Part shown: in pieces, positions 23,176 through 34,834 of the stretch
How the letters are laid out: every line of letters starts with the position of its first letter
How positions within the stretch are numbered: position 1 is the stretch's first letter
From: Nemertoderma westbladi
Lineage: Eukaryota; Animalia; Xenacoelomorpha
Length of the DNA stretch: 47,793 nt
Reading direction: 5' to 3'
Assembly: GCA_032718475.1 (NCBI GenBank)
Contig: JAUCBJ010008913.1
Coordinates: 1 to 47,793, forward strand
Position numbers and translations under genes: made by a program
The notes under the pieces: generated by a model
The model's input: only the letters and a program-made list of their open reading frames with translations
Databases searched by the model: none
What the model was told of the DNA's origin: nothing

Positions 23176-24663
23176 CTACACGCTGTATGTAGAGGATGAA
23201 GTTGTTCCCCCAGTACCCGTCCAGTTTGTGTGGTGGAACGTTCCGGGCTGGGCCTCCAACTCGTAGGTGTGGGCACCAAAGTAGTCGCGTTGAGCCTGGA
23301 TCAGGTTGGCAGGGAGGCTGGGGTTCCGGAATCCATCGTAGAAGGACAACGCGGAAGAGAAACACGGAATCGGGATCCCGAGAGTGAAAGCAGAAGAAAC
23401 AACGCGACGCCACGATGGTTGACATCGGTGGATCGCATCCATGAAGAAATCATCGAGGAGTAATGATGAGAGATCGGGGTTGTTTGTGAAAGCCTCTTTG
23501 ATTCGTCCCAAGAAGATACTCCGGATGATACAACCCCCTCGCCACATAAGAGCGACTCCTCCGTAGTTTAGATCCCATTGGTTGCTACGGGCGGCCTCCC
23601 GTAGCAACATGTACCCCTGTGTGTAAGAGATAATCTTGGAGGCGTAGAGAGCTAGTCGGACGTTCTCAATAAATTCAGTGCGTTCAGCGCCAACCATTCC
23701 CAGACTTCCTTTCCCCCCGCCCCCTGACTGCCCCCCAGGCCCCTTGAGCTGCTTACTCGCTACAACTCTCTCCGGTTTTAACGCAGACAGACACCTCGCG
23801 AACACCGACTCCCCTATCAAGGTCACTGGTATTCCCAGATCCAAAGAGGATATCGCGGTCCACTTTCCCGTTCCCTTCTGTCCCGCACTATCACGGATTT
23901 TCTCCACTAAATATTCCCCATCAACATCTTTGTACTTCAAGATATTTGCAGTTATTTCTATCAGATAAGAATCCAATTCACCTTTATTCCACTCCTGGAA
24001 AATTTCGCTCATTTCCTCACAGTCCAATCCAACAGCCTGCTTTAGCACGTGGTAAGCCTCACCTATCAGCTGCATATCCCCGTACTCAATACCATTGTGT
24101 ACCATCTTAACATAATGTCCCGCCCCGTCCTGTCCCACCCAATCGCAGCATGGGACTCCTCCATCAACCTTAGCGGCAATCGATTGGAATATCGGTTTAA
24201 TGTGCGACCAAGCCTCGGGGTCACCTCCCGGCATTAGTGACGGCCCGTATCTAGCACCCTCCTCCCCACCACTAACACCGCTCCCGACATACAGTAAACC
24301 AACCTCCCGCAACGCCTTGCACCGTCGTTGCGTATCGGTATAATCGGTATTCCCTCCATCTATAATTATATCTCCTCTTTCCAACAACGGGATGAGTTTA
24401 TCAATAAACATATCAACCGGTGGTCCTGCCTTCACTAACATCATAACACGTCGCGGTTTTTTCAGCATTTTTACCATCTCCTCAAGAGAGTACGCCGGCA
24501 CAACACGTGTCCCCTTGGCCTGCTCGTTCATAAACTTTGTTACCTTTTCGGTGCTGCGATTGTAGGCGCAGACAACAAATCCATGATCGTTCATGTTTAA
24601 GATTATATTTTGGCCCATTACAGCCAGTCCTATCAGGGCGATGTCGGCCACATGTTCACTCAT
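23176..24663 (-). CDS. PGD: 6-phosphogluconate dehydrogenase, decarboxylating (495 aa, intronless)
   Basis: IALIGLAVMGQN (Rossmann fold), GVSGGEEGARYGPSLMPGG, GHYVKMVHNGIEYGDMQLI, IRDSAGQKGTGKWT, WRGGCIIRS, LIQAQRDYFGAHTY, and a eukaryote-type C-terminus HTNWTGTGGTTSSSTYSV. Confidence 0.98.
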   Translation of the reverse strand: MSEHVADIALIGLAVMGQNIILNMNDHGFVVCAYNRSTEKVTKFMNEQAKGTRVVPAYSLEEMVKMLKKPRRVMMLVKAGPPVDMFIDKLIPLLERGDIIIDGGNTDYTDTQRRCKALREVGLLYVGSGVSGGEEGARYGPSLMPGGDPEAWSHIKPIFQSIAAKVDGGVPCCDWVGQDGAGHYVKMVHNGIEYGDMQLIGEAYHVLKQAVGLDCEEMSEIFQEWNKGELDSYLIEITANILKYKDVDGEYLVEKIRDSAGQKGTGKWTAISSLDLGIPVTLIGESVFARCLSALKPERVVASKQLKGPGGQSGGGGKGSLGMVGAERTEFIENVRLALYASKIISYTQGYMLLREAARSNQWDLNYGGVALMWRGGCIIRSIFLGRIKEAFTNNPDLSSLLLDDFFMDAIHRCQPSWRRVVSSAFTLGIPIPCFSSALSFYDGFRNPSLPANLIQAQRDYFGAHTYELEAQPGTFHHTNWTGTGGTTSSSTYSV

Positions 24664-26597
24664 GTTGCTTTGTTCACTTTTTCACACGTAGTAGCATAAA
24701 CATATCATTGTACACTATACACTTTATACAGTTGTCAAATTATATGTAATAATACTGTAAAGCTGAGATATTCCTACATGTTCACACTGTATATGAACCA
24801 GGATTCGTAGGCCTATACTGTATGAATCAGTAAATATTACAAACTAATGTATTTGACATACCCAAATGTGGTTATGTCGAATTATTATCACTATTAATAG
24901 TATTTGTGTATAATGTATTACCTTAAGTAAGTAGGACTTAATTAAAAGTATTAACTTTAGATCTACTAAAATTTATTGATGAGAAACCAACAACAAACCA
25001 AACCAAACAAACAAAAAAAAAACCTACTGTACAGTATGAAACATTTGCACTCCTTAAATAAAAATGGTTACAATACGCAATAAATTAATTAAATAAAATA
25101 TATGATAAATGTGATTAAAAAATTAGTTAGAGTTTTGCTTGGGCGGTGCTGAATGCATTTGGGCGTGTGGCCTGGCGGGGTTGGGAAATGAAGCCCATTT
25201 ATTAAATTAAGTGATAGGATAAGATAATAGGCTAATTAAAGTAATAGGAGAAAAATATACAAACTCTGCGTGATGGTCGTAGTTTCGTAGCTACTGTACA
25301 GTAGTATTGTTCAAATAAAAAAATGATTTGTTTTCCAAGTCTGACGCAGCAACTGCAGTTCAGGTTAAGTACTACACTGTATCAATGTAATTTTATAATG
25401 TGTTTTATTCTATAACAACTCACTGTTAATATAATAACGGCGTTAATTAATGTTGAAGTTATGGGAAAAGCGGGCTACAATATAACAAGTAGATAACAGT
25501 AGGCCTATGTAAATACAGTGTACAGTAGTTATCGCGTTCTCAGTTTTAAATTTATACTAAATTTATACAAAAGTATGTAGAACTACAATAGGTACAGTAC
25601 AATCCAGGTACAGTATGTAGAACTATAGGGGAGTTGTGTGTTACTACAGCATTACAAAGTATTTACATACTGTATCATATGTATTTATTATTACGGCTAC
25701 TTTAGGCCTATTCACAACGTTAAAGCTGCATATTAATAAATAGCCTTTACAAACTACAATAATGTATGAATGTACGTACGATAGGTCAATATTTCTATAC
25801 ACTGCCTGGCGAGCATTCATAACAAAGAAGTATAAAACGGTGTAAATGGACAGTTATACATAGGCCTACAACAGTGACTGTGAGGTGCCAAAATGCACTT
25901 TCGTCAAACAAAACAGAACAAAGGCCGCGTGGGATTGACATATTGTGTAGTGTATGTACTGTACAGTAGTACTCCTGTATTTATAGATTAAATGATTAAA
26001 AGCAATCTTTATTAAACGCAATAAGCCTACACCTACTCTATACACAATCTCCATCAATAACAATATCCATCAATATCCGTCATATATCCTGTATTACATA
26101 ATATATCCTGTATAATATTACAACCCTTCCCGATTCCTGGGACAGTATGCCTATTGCCTATACCGTTAAAAAAAGTTTGCTCTTGGACTTACAAATACAA
26201 TACAATAACGCCCAGGCAGGTGAAAACTACAGTACTGCCTAAGTGAAATCTGCCTAATATTTAATCTGATATGATAGACCTGTAGAAAGATCACAGTTCA
26301 CATATTGTAGTCTGCTTTTAGTTGGGTTCTGTCTAAGACTTCTCGATATGTATTACTTTAAGTATATCCCCCCTGTGCCACTGATACTGTATCTCAAAAG
26401 TTGTAATAACTACTGGATTTACATACTTGTATGTAAAGTAGCACTTTTCAGCGTGATGATCCGAGTGCTTTGTTACACGAACGAACGTAGTTAGTGAAAC
26501 AATTATGTATGTAGTTTTATTCCAAAATTGTAACATTGCGAAATTATTGTATATATATTATAAGTGATAGAAACTGCACAAAATAAATTAGTTGCCG

Positions 26598-26999
26598 TAT
26601 AAATAAATGTAAAAATGACATAAATTATGTTATAAATAAGTTAGCTTATATTTATCGCGGCGTTTGGAGCCATGTTATAATGATATAGCTATAGGCCCTA
26701 CTGGTTATTAATAGCCCCCGCCTACCGGTAGGTAATGCAGTAGGCCTATCTGGCTGTCAGGCAATTAATAATAAAACTATTGCAAACTATTGTATTGTTT
26801 ATGAGGTATTCATGACGGCGTGACTTTACAGTAACGCCGTCGGGACATTATATAATAATAATACGCCGACAATACAATACTAATTGTACAGGCCAATACA
26901 ATACTGTAATGTACTCTAAAGTTGTAAAGTGCTAAATAACAACTCGCTGTTAATACTAACGGCGTTGAGTAATGTTACAATTTTGAAATAAAATTATTA
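26598..26999 (+). repeat. Dispersed repeat of about 400 bp, copy B (direct orientation to copy A)
   Basis: Aligns by eye with 21859-22268, with scattered substitutions and indels. Confidence 0.8.
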
Positions 27000-27636
27000 T
27001 CGTGCTACCTCGAGCGTTTGCTAAGTCAAAAACGGGAATTAATTATCTTTAAATTACTGAGTTGCGGTGCAGATTTGTCGGCGAAAAGTTAAACATTGAT
27101 GAGCGATGATTTACAGTGTAGGCCTTACAGTACGTAATGTTCAATCATTTGTATCAAGGGTATAAATATCCCCGAAAATACATAAAATGTGTGGCTGCCA
27201 ATTTAGCTAACTGTGTACTGTATAAAGATCTATTTTTTCTGCATTAATTATACTGTAAGTAACTATATATTGTTAAATACACTGCATTTGTATAGAAACT
27301 CGAAATTTTGTAATAAAATACCGACTCTATGCTCTACAGTTGTAGTAGCAGTAGTGTCACTATACAACCCCAAGAGCTGACCTATTTTTAACGATTTAGG
27401 TATTAACAAACTGTGCCAGGATCGTTAAAAGTAGGGCTGCTATCAAGGCGTACTATATTATTAGGTCGTGGGGTGGGTGAGGGTGGGGTCGAAGTGTGCT
27501 ACGGCCAAGGCGTATTATATACTGTACAAGGCCATGCCATTGAGTTAACTGGGGGTGGTGACAGGGGGCAAGATTTTCTGTATAACAGAGATTTCCCTCT
27601 GTTATTACAATTTATGAATAAAATACGCTTTGGTAA

Positions 27637-28625
27637 GGGGCCGTCCATAAATGACGTCACGCAGAGTAGGGGGGGGGGAGGGGGTCAGAGATTTTGTGAC
27701 GAATTGGGACAAGGGGGGGGGGGGGGGGGGGGGGGGGTTGTCGATTTTGTGATGTCACGAATCCGAATATTCTACTAGTTGTGCAAATCAATTATTTTGT
27801 ACTTTTACAGTAAAAAGTTTTAAAATGTGAATTATAAGCTGTCTCTCACCCTAGTTTCCACTTAACTACACTAAACTACTAAACGGTCCCTAAACTACTG
27901 GCTGACTGGTAGGTACTGGCCTAGGTAGATGTTTATTAGAACATGTAGATGTTTATTTCAAGTGATTCCTTCCAGATTTATCCCTCCACCTATTCCAATA
28001 TCACAAAGTGATACTGGACTGAAATGTCCTGAACAATCTTCCGTCTCAACCCATAACTTTTCATCACTCTTTGTCAATCTAGCTTTGGGTACGACCATTT
28101 TGACGCTCCTACCTCGTCCTACAACCGCCTTCAAGGCTATTCCATACGATTTGTATTGTCCCTCAATAATATCAAAGCTTAGTGAACGCATCTGCGAAAC
28201 GTGCAGCATTTATTTCGCATCGAAGGTTTTGTTAAAACAACATATTCATGTCCATGGAGGAGCGGAACACGACAACGCGTGCTTGGATGAAGAGAACAAA
28301 GAACAGGCAGATCCAGCCCTACTTCAAACCAACCGAGCGATATCCATTATATCTATCGAGGAACACTTCAACCACCCTTGGGAGGAAATTACTATTTAAT
28401 ATTAATTGCTATTGCTAATTATATTTTATTGATTATTGCTATTGATAAAAAACTAATTAGTATTAATTATTAATTACAGTATAATGTTAATAATAATTTT
28501 TTCTGAGCGTGATGTGATATAGGGGAGGGGGGGGGTGTCAACAATTTTGTGACGAATTGTGACAGAAGGGGGGGAGGGGGTAAAAAATAGCCAAAAAATG
28601 CGTGACGTCATTAATGGACGGCCCC
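27637..28625 (+). mobile_element. Internally deleted Zator-like DNA transposon (27-bp TIRs, TAA TSD) with transposase C-terminal remnant
   Basis: ggggccgtccataaatgacgtcacgca (27637-27663) and tgcgtgacgtcattaatggacggcccc (28599-28625); TAA at 27634-27636 and 28626-28628. ORF 27929..28399 has RFIPPP..PYDLYCPS..ICETCSIYFASKVLLKQHIHVH. GG termini with a TWA TSD fit Zator (PIF/Harbinger is the alternative). Confidence 0.85.
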
Positions 28626-30379
28626 TAAGACTGTATTAGTAATTGTAATTAATGTATCTTATGTTAACTTTCAAATTATGATAAATAAATTATGTGTAAA
28701 TAAATTATTATTGTGTACAATAAATATTGCCAAATATTAATAAATTATATTACATTCAATTATGAAATGCAGCAATATTTGATCGTATTTTTTGGAATTG
28801 GTACATTAATTCACCACGTTGGTTTTCATATGAAAGATATGTAAAACTCTAACTAGCAACAGATCACTTTGTATTATAACTGAGTTCTTTATAAGACTGT
28901 AAGACTTATTGTAAAATTTAAATAATAGTTCACAAAATGGGGAACAGACAAGTCGACATTTTAATAGAGGCCGTGTAGCCGAGATTTGGTGAGAATTAGC
29001 GCAGTCTGATACTTTTACAATACCCAGGCTTATTTTATTTTATTATCAGGCACTTTATGTTATTAGCCTACTTTATTATACATGTATATTATCATTTAGT
29101 ATCATGTATATTATGATTTCCAACCCAATATTCCCCAGCGTGAAAACACATTGAGACGAGGCACTGAAACTCGCCATTTAGTGGAATGACGGGAATCATC
29201 CGCGGACAATACACGATCATCTAGACAATAAACGACTCCCCACCACCAAGACATTTCACCATTATGGCTAACATCGACTTAGCTAATTCATCCGGATAGT
29301 TTGCAGCTCGTCAAAATATATAACCACAATGATAACGTAGGACTGGCTTAACTTTACTTTACTCTTTTCTTTTTTTCTACTTTTCTCTTCGTTTAAAACA
29401 ACACAATTGCGACGTTTGGGTTCCAGGGATTTAAACTACAATAAATAAAGGCCTTATCATCTCGAGTTGAGACCTTTGATGTCAATCGCTGATTATATGG
29501 GTACTCGGCACTTGGAATGTCATCGCGGTGTCTTATGCATGCCGATGCCGAAGGCCGACCAATCGCATAATATCGAACGGCTCTGATAATGTCATCGTTC
29601 GAATACTTTCAGTCTCCTAATTAACGCCTTATTAACTCCCATGTTTCGCATTATTATCTCATCGTGATGTCCCGGTGTCTTATAAGCGTAGTTAACTGAC
29701 CAACGGCATCATCCAAAAGATTTTTCTTGTTGTGTTTGAAAACTCTATACAACAATGCAAAGGAAATCTCAGTTCTTAGATAAACTGAGAATTCTAAACT
29801 CAACTCAATTTGCGTCGGTTTTAAAGGTAAAATAAGGATGAACAGAAATTAACAAATGAATGAAGACCGTGATTAACGTTCGACTGTTCGAGTATTGTAT
29901 ATTAAGTGGCAGAGTGGAAGAGGTGTATCACTTGATAACAAATAGGCTAATAAATCTGTAAATAAAACCCGACAATTTTTGACCTGCTTCTATTAGTACT
30001 GTAGTATATGAATTCCTTGACTGAACCGAGAACGTCCTGACCTGAACAGAGTCTGAGAATGCAACAAAAAGATCTATATTGGAAGATCTCCTCTCCTCAG
30101 CACCCGATCCACTGGTTGGTTGAGGCGGCGGATCCGGTGTTGGGACTTGGGACGACGCTCACAAGGATAATGGTCAAACTGATGGCGGAACAGCGGGTCG
30201 AGGTTTACCCCGAACCGTTACCCTTACCATCTCGACGTCATCCGGTCAATGTTTATAGAAATAACAGTATCAGTAGTTGGCGTGAATTCTACTTAAAAAC
30301 TCGACATTTTAACGCGGAGCCGGAGATCCATACTGATACTACCATAGCCAGATAGCTGCATAGTGGGTTCGGATACCGC

Positions 30380-30474
30380 ACCGGTGGTAGGCGGAATACT
30401 GGAATACGGAACACTGAGTACTCTCCACTCCAGTTTACTTGGCATTTCGGTATAGCGCACCACTTTTTCCCCAT
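30380..30474 (-). pseudogene. THAP-domain N-terminal remnant inside the P-like element
   Basis: MGKKWCAIPKCQVNWSGEYSVFRIPVFRLPP fits the THAP start M-x-C-x(4)-C..F-x-L-P. It lies about 400 bp inside the right terminus and points inward. The later W/C/HF motifs were not found. Confidence 0.5.
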
Positions 30475-31717
30475 TTTAAATAATATTATTATTAAAAGAT
30501 AGAGAAACTCATGATTAAACAAACGCTAGGTATTACTACAATGATCAGATGATTACAGAATTGCTAATTTTTGGGTAGGCTTATTTACTTTTGACTGTAG
30601 TCTACCAGAATACGTGTAATATAGTAATACACTAATAGTGCCCTTGGGATTGTCATTTCAGTAATTCCAATTCAGTACGTACGGGTATTTATAAAATGAC
30701 ATTCTGAATGGTAAATTATCCCATAATTTAAAACTAACAAGACACAAATACAGTCATACAAAGCGTATTTTAGTCATAAATTGTAATGACATAAGGAAAT
30801 CTCTGTTATAAAGCTTAAGAAAATCTTGCCTCCAGTCACTGCCCCCAGTTAACTCGATGGCATGGCCTTGTATAGGGCCAATACAATATAGTACACCTTG
30901 CTGCCTTGGCTGCTATACTTTGTCAATCAGTCAATGACAACCCCACATTATTAGCGGGAAATTTAAAATATTTTCAAGAGTAAACCTGTTATTGAGAACT
31001 CGTCCATTATGCATTAGCCTGACAGGTTCTTTGGCAACCGTATCTTTTAGTTTAGTTGTTTTTTTGTTTTTTTACTGTTTTATTATTACTGTAATAACTA
31101 TTAGCACTTTCTCCTGATTGGTTGTAATTTGATTTACAAACAATCAGAGAATAGGCCTAGTGTGATTAGTTGTTTGTTGTTATAAGAGCAGAAGTGAGAA
31201 GAGTGCTAAGCTGCTAAGTACTGAAGTATAGTGTTGAACTGGTAGGCCTACCACCAGACCACCGCAGCTCACTGCTCACCGCGGTACCGGTACCGCTACC
31301 GGTATCGATGTCTGTATCAGATCATGCTGTGACTGTCTGTGTATCTATTATCAGATTATCGTTTATAGGCCTGTCAGCCTGTAGGCAGGTAGGCCTATTG
31401 CAGTAGGCCTATTGCAGTATTGTTATTTTAAAAGACATTATACCGGCTATACCACTGTCAGACTGTACCCGTACCTACCGCAGTACTGGTAGGCCTACCG
31501 TCTGACCGGTACTGTTATTAATATATTGATGCTGGAGGCCGGTATCGGTATATATTCAATATTGGAGTGGATGATTAACCTACTGCCTACCCCCCCCGTC
31601 CCATGCGCGTACCGGTACTACAGTACTATCCAGCTATCATCCATTGAATTGAATTAATTCGCGATCCAGTCAGTCCAGCAGTCCTTGCAGTCACTGTCAG
31701 ACTGCTGGTGCTGCAGT

Positions 31718-32038
31718 ATGAGCAGCCAACGTGGGAACTCTGTGAAAGATCGCGCACCCCGGCACCCGAATCGAGTTGTCTATCGTGCCGATAAACACGG
31801 TCTGTGCAAGGAACGCAGTACGGCACTAAAGGGCTTAGAGTTCCCAGGTGTGTGTACTCGATGCAAAGAGCAACTGAGTTGGAAGGTTTCTTACGATAAA
31901 TACAAACCATTAACTGGCGCCCCTAGAAAGTGTGTTAGATGTGAGGGAAAGACAGTAACTCGTGCCTATTACTCAGCGTGTTTGCCTTGTGGAGAAAGTC
32001 TTAATATATGTTGCAAATGTCTTCAACTAATGTCCTAG
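31718..32038 (+). CDS. C9orf85: C9orf85 / DUF2039-like Cys-rich protein (106 aa, intronless)
   Basis: MSSQRGN..PRHPN..GVCTRCKEQLSWKVSYDKYKPL..PRKCVRCEGKTVTRAYYSACLPC..LNICCKC matches the C9orf85 pattern (MSSQKGN..GVCQRCKE.LEW.VKY.KYKPL..P.KC.KC..K.VK.SYH..C.PC....C.KC). ATG at 31718. Confidence 0.9.
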   Translation: MSSQRGNSVKDRAPRHPNRVVYRADKHGLCKERSTALKGLEFPGVCTRCKEQLSWKVSYDKYKPLTGAPRKCVRCEGKTVTRAYYSACLPCGESLNICCKCLQLMS

Positions 32039-32235
32039 ATTGCAACGGTAGTGGCAACAATCAGACAATCTAATGCCCTACTGATATGTAATGCAGTAAT
32101 ATATGTACGGTGCCTTTCAGAAAGGCTCTCAAGCCTGAAAGATGGACTGGCTGACTGGGAGCGGTTTACGCAAATTCTGTTATATCTGTATATTGTACGC
32201 AAATTATGATATATTGTACGTAATACGTAAATAGG

Positions 32236-32720
32236 TTTTGTTACTTTTTTTAAAAAATATTTTAGAACATTTGTCTATTCATTTTTTTATTAATTTTGTT
32301 CTAGAACAAATAGTTGTTGTTCTAGAACAAAATTATTTATGTTTTTTGTTGTTATCAAGGCTAGTTATCAAAAGTTAGGTATCTAAGTTATCAAAACTTT
32401 TTTAAAAATGTTCTTGAACATATAGGCCCAGTCTATTCATTTTTGTATAAAGTAATGTTCTAGAACAATCAACAAATATTTTTGTTCTAGAACATTTGTT
32501 TTTTTTATATTTGTTTATTTGATTAGTTTTAAAAACAATTAAAAACAACTACAAATTTCCATTGTATATTACTGTAATATTAAATATGTGATACAATGAA
32601 AACATACCGGTACAAAAAATTAACAAATTAACTAGTTTTTTTTATGTTCTAGAACAACATTTTTATATTAAATGATTAGATAATATGTTCTAGAATATTT
32701 TTTTTACAAAGGTAACAAAA
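32236..32720. repeat. Imperfect foldback/MITE-like palindrome rich in GTTCTAGAAC
   Basis: ttttgttac..aaaaaatattttagaacat..tctattcatt at the left mirrors aatgattaga..atgttctagaatattttt..gtaacaaaa at the right. Confidence 0.6.
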
Positions 32721-32955
32721 ACTAGCTATTATAAAAAATTTGAGGGTGGTGTGCCCAAAACACAGTAGTACTATACACTGATATAGTCTTTCGTCGCCAG
32801 GGTTTATTAACTCTGGAATATTATTTGCACACATCAAGCGTGCCACTTTTATTTCATCTAATCATATCATATGAGAGTAGCTTGGAAACAGTAAATTGCA
32901 GTTCTGGAATTTAAATGTCTTAAGTATTAGAGTGTCTAGGTACTATATATATATA

Positions 32956-33772
32956 CGGCCTAACATGTTGTCGATTTGGCCTTAAAAAAAGAGGCCAGTT
33001 TTTTTTAACAATATTTTGATATGGTGAGAGTTCTATAAACTTTCATTTGCTGCAATTTGGTCAACGGACGTAATTGAAGCCTCTTCGTTAAGTATGATAC
33101 TAAATTTTATGGTAGCTTAGCTAGTGTTTTAGATAGGTTTAGTTTAGATAGATAGTAATTCCAACACTGGTTCCGACATCCTACTTCCCTCTATAAATAT
33201 TTTGTAGTAGCTAGTTCTTATTACTATTTGTATAGAAAATATTCCAGAACATGTTAGCTATTCATTTTTGAAAAAGTTATGTTCTAGAACAAATATTTCT
33301 TGTTCTAGAACATTTTTGGAAAAAAAAATTTTGAATTTTTTTTATTGATTTTAAACACGTTTTAAAACGATTCCATGCGTTTTAAATAGAATCTAGATTT
33401 TTTTCTAAAAAAAATTTTCTAGAACCAAAAATATTCGTTCTAGAACGAACGTGATTTTTTCTTAAAATGAATAGCTAACATGTTCTGGAACATTTTCTAT
33501 ACAAATAGTATTAAGAACTGCTAGGTCTACTACAAAATATTTATAAAAGGAAGTAGGATGTCGGAACTAGTGTTGAAATTACTAGCTAAACCTACCTAAA
33601 ACACTAGCTACCATACAATAATTTAGTATCTTGCTTAGAGACTTCGATTACGTCCGTTAACCAAATTGCAGCAAATGAAAATTTATAGAACTATTCCCAT
33701 ATCAAAGTATAAAAATAGTGTAAAAAAAACTGGCCTCTTTTTTTAAGGCCAAATCAACAACATGTTAGGCCG
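32956..33772. mobile_element. Foldback MITE of about 817 bp with inverted arms of about 390 bp, set in a (TA)n tract
   Basis: cggcctaacatgttg..gatttggccttaaaaaaagaggccagttttttt mirrored by aaaaaaaactggcctctttttttaaggccaaatc..caacatgttaggccg. Inner arm blocks also pair (ttcatttgctgcaatttggt, gttccgacatcctacttcc, ccagaacatgttagctattcatttt). Flanked by tatata on both sides. Confidence 0.85.
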
Positions 33773-33949
33773 TATATATATAGTAGGCCATGGTATTAAC
33801 AGTACCGTACCATTTTACTTTAAACAAAACAATGTCTGACAATTTAAGCGCACGCGATATTGATGAACTTATTAATCTCAATGACTTCGAAAATTCACCT
33901 TTCGGCGAAGTCTCAGAAGTTCGTGTTTCTAATCCTGAAGTCGATGCGT

Positions 33950-34046
33950 GGTGTGGGATCCATTGCATGTAGTATTGTAGTGGTGTGGGGTCCATTGCAG
34001 GTAGTATTAGAGCGGTGTGGGATCCATTGCAGGTAGTATTAGAGCG
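33950..34046. repeat. Short tandem repeat, about 32 bp x 3 (ggtgtgggatccattgcaggtagtattagagc)
   Basis: Three consecutive near-identical units. Confidence 0.8.
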
Positions 34047-34127
34047 GCCTTTTACCCATTTTTATAGATATTGAATTTATTTACCATCTCACTCAATTAT
34101 TCATTTTTAATTCTTGATATATTTGGT

Positions 34128-34197
34128 CCAGGGACTATTACAATGTCAGTGGCGAAGCCAGGGACTATTACAATGTCAGTGGCGAAGTCAGGGACTT
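34128..34197. repeat. 30-bp tandem repeat x 2.3 (ccagggactattacaatgtcagtggcgaag)
   Basis: Direct reading. Confidence 0.8.
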
Positions 34198-34834
34198 TAA
34201 TTATTTAATTATTTAATTTAAATATTAATATTAAAATATAAATAAGGACTTTGATTATAATATTAATATTAATATACGGATATGTCCGAAGACAGATAGT
34301 GTAAGTGTAGTACAAAATTGTTTGCAAAATACAAAACAAATTATCATATTTTTCTTTTTCTGAAACTGAATTATATTAGAAAGAATTCCAAAATAAAAAT
34401 AACAAATCAAAACACTAAACGCAATCAGACCAAGTTACAACCCACAAACACAATTATTATTATCTAATTTAATTAAAAAAAAAAAAACTAATTGACTAAT
34501 TACACAACTAAGAACTGTACTAAAAAATAAAATTACTGATTAGATTAATAAAATACTTACTAGCTACCACAAAATGAAGCAAACTAGTAAAAATTTTTTT
34601 TATTAAACACAATTTAATTACCTGTTGAAACACAGGGTATCACAGTGTGGTAACAGGCCCCTCTAGTACCCATTGCAGGAAATAACTGCTACGGAAAACT
34701 ACGACAATTGTTTACCATATTCGCGAGAGATTACGGATAAGGAGTTTATTGAACTCAACAAGAATCCAAACGCCCTTATTTTGACAAATACCGCCGTATC
34801 CGCCGTATTCCCCATATTGTTGTTTAAGATTAAG

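Larger units (their letters stand above)
27444..30908 (-). mobile_element. Non-autonomous P-element-superfamily transposon relic (CAAGG..CCTTG termini, 8-bp TSD GCTGCTAT, long subterminal inverted repeats, THAP remnant)
   Basis: GCTGCTAT at 27436-27443 and 30909-30916. caaggcgtactatat (27444) versus reverse complement of 30886-30900 caaggtgtactatat, 14/15 matches. An inverted repeat of about 110 bp pairs 27527-27633 with about 30758-30870. Confidence 0.7.

Noticed and set aside
23168-24749. Small ORFs overlapping PGD; bacterial (HGT) origin of the intronless PGD
   Set aside because: The small ORFs are shadows. The PGD termini (ADIALIGLAVMGQN, HTNWTG.GG..SSSTY) are of the animal/fungal cytosolic type.
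27929-28399. Host C2H2 zinc-finger gene
   Set aside because: Lies between TIRs with a TAA TSD; better explained as a transposase C-terminal fragment.
30059-30355. 98-aa plus-strand ORF
   Set aside because: No recognisable motif; lies inside the P-like relic, antisense to the THAP remnant.
31685-31717. Upstream TTG start for the C9orf85-like ORF
   Set aside because: Family similarity begins at MSSQRGN (ATG 31718).
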